Origin: Mobula birostris
Lineage: Eukaryota
Assembly (NCBI RefSeq): GCF_030028105.1
Contig: NC_092379.1
Coordinates: forward strand, 63,066,008 to 63,130,007
DNA length: 64,000 bases
Reading direction: 5' to 3'
The notes under the pieces are model-generated. The model had not been told where the DNA came from and made no database searches. It saw nothing but the letters and a program-made list of their open reading frames with translations. This document shows positions 62,901 through 64,000 of the stretch, one piece after another (within the stretch, counting starts at the first letter, position 1; the number at the start of each line of letters is the position of its first letter). Position numbers and translations under genes: made by a program.

Positions 62901-63729
62901 TTTGTCTTTGACTTGAATATTGCAAAATACCAGTTACAGTTTTCAGTTTGTAACAGGAATATTGCACAAAAAAAATAACAGTGTATATTTAAGTCTGGTT
63001 TCTGAGTTAAATACTCAGAACCATTTTGAGAAGAACTTCAATTTCAAGAAAGTATTCAATAGTTTGTGTTTAGCTACTCAATTATATTAAAATCAGAAAT
63101 AAAATTAATACATTACAATTCTTTTCAAGTCATATGGGAGTTCTTTATGTGGCTAGCACTGGTGAAGTTTATTTTGTACCTCAGTGATGCTCTTAATATT
63201 GTCAACTAAGCCATCTATACAGAACATTGATAATCTTGCATCTGTTTGTGCTAGCTGGAGGTCCAGACTGTGAGCCAATTGTATGATCAGAGGCAAGGGT
63301 CAAGAGTACGACAGGAGTGGGAATCTGGTCTGTGGGCGAAGTGATGGGGTCTGAAACGCCAGGGAACAAGAACTTGAGAAGGGTTGTGACCAGAGGTGGG
63401 GTCAGGAATGCTCAAGTATTTCCTGCTCCCTTTAAACCTAATGTGTAATAAGTAAAAACAAAATAAGTAAAAGCATGTTTGAGTATTTCAGAAGTAAACC
63501 GAAGTTTGGAAAATTGGCTTGACCAGCACCATCAAAGTCTCAAGGACAAGATTAATAGAACATACAAATCTGCCTCAATGTCAGCTTACAATAAGTACTA
63601 TAAAAAGCAGATTTCTCCCCAAATCTCCATCATCAGAGGTCAGTCTCGAGCCAGTTTGATTAATTCCATATGATACTGTATCAGGAAATAGCTGAGAGTT
63701 GGGGACTTTGTAATCCACAGCTGCAATAT

Positions 63730-64000
63730 AATGCAATCACTCCGGTTGAGTATGTTGTTCTAAGAGGTTGTCTCTTGATGGGTCCTTAGGACGCCGGAGA
63801 GACCGATCGGACTTACACATATACTGGTGCAGTGTGGGCAAGAGTAAGTGATAGCTGTTGTTCGTGGTTGGGTCTTTTGGTTATTCAGTCTCTTCCTTTC
63901 ACAGCTTTTGGCTGTTCCCTGCGGCACAGCAGAGGTCCTTCTCATGAAGCACAGCTCCCTCTTGAATAGGTATATCATTTGAATACAATGTCTTGCCAGT
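63730..64000 (-). mobile_element. RTE-clade LINE 3' end
   Basis: CPHCTSICVSPIGLSGVLRTH resembles the decayed C-terminal CxxC..SRIGLxSHxRxH finger of RTE ORFs. Confidence 0.65.

Noticed and set aside
63760-63978. Zinc-finger-like ORF as an upstream HDX exon
   Set aside because: It ends in a stop, does not resemble HDX, and fits an RTE LINE C-terminus.

Overview
This is vertebrate genomic DNA, most likely from a cartilaginous fish (ray or shark); that assignment is inferred from the repeat content (CR1 with an esterase ORF1, Rex1/L2-like LINEs, Penelope, V-/Deu-type SINEs). The only host gene I can support is the 3' half of HDX (highly divergent homeobox) on the minus strand. Six coding exons (61371-61517, 43707-43905, 43348-43475, 35604-35699, 31119-31241, 24351-24422) have canonical GT-AG sites and consistent phases. 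Together they encode the second homeodomain, an acidic linker and a C-terminal coiled coil; the 5' exons lie beyond the right edge. Most of the remainder is decayed, often nested transposable elements: CR1, Rex1/L2-like, L1-like and RTE LINEs, Penelope elements, three solo LTRs, a Tc1 relic, a TIR-bounded non-autonomous element and SINEs. Several insertions still have readable target-site duplications (TSDs). The best leads are (i) minimal hammerhead ribozyme motifs in the Penelope pseudo-LTRs, one lying sense to HDX inside a palindromic insertion, (ii) an early HDX stop with an ancestral-looking C-terminus in a shifted frame just behind it, and (iii) Ser at homeodomain core position 38. I found no convincing wholly new multi-gene system; nearly all long ORFs in the track are TE remnants.
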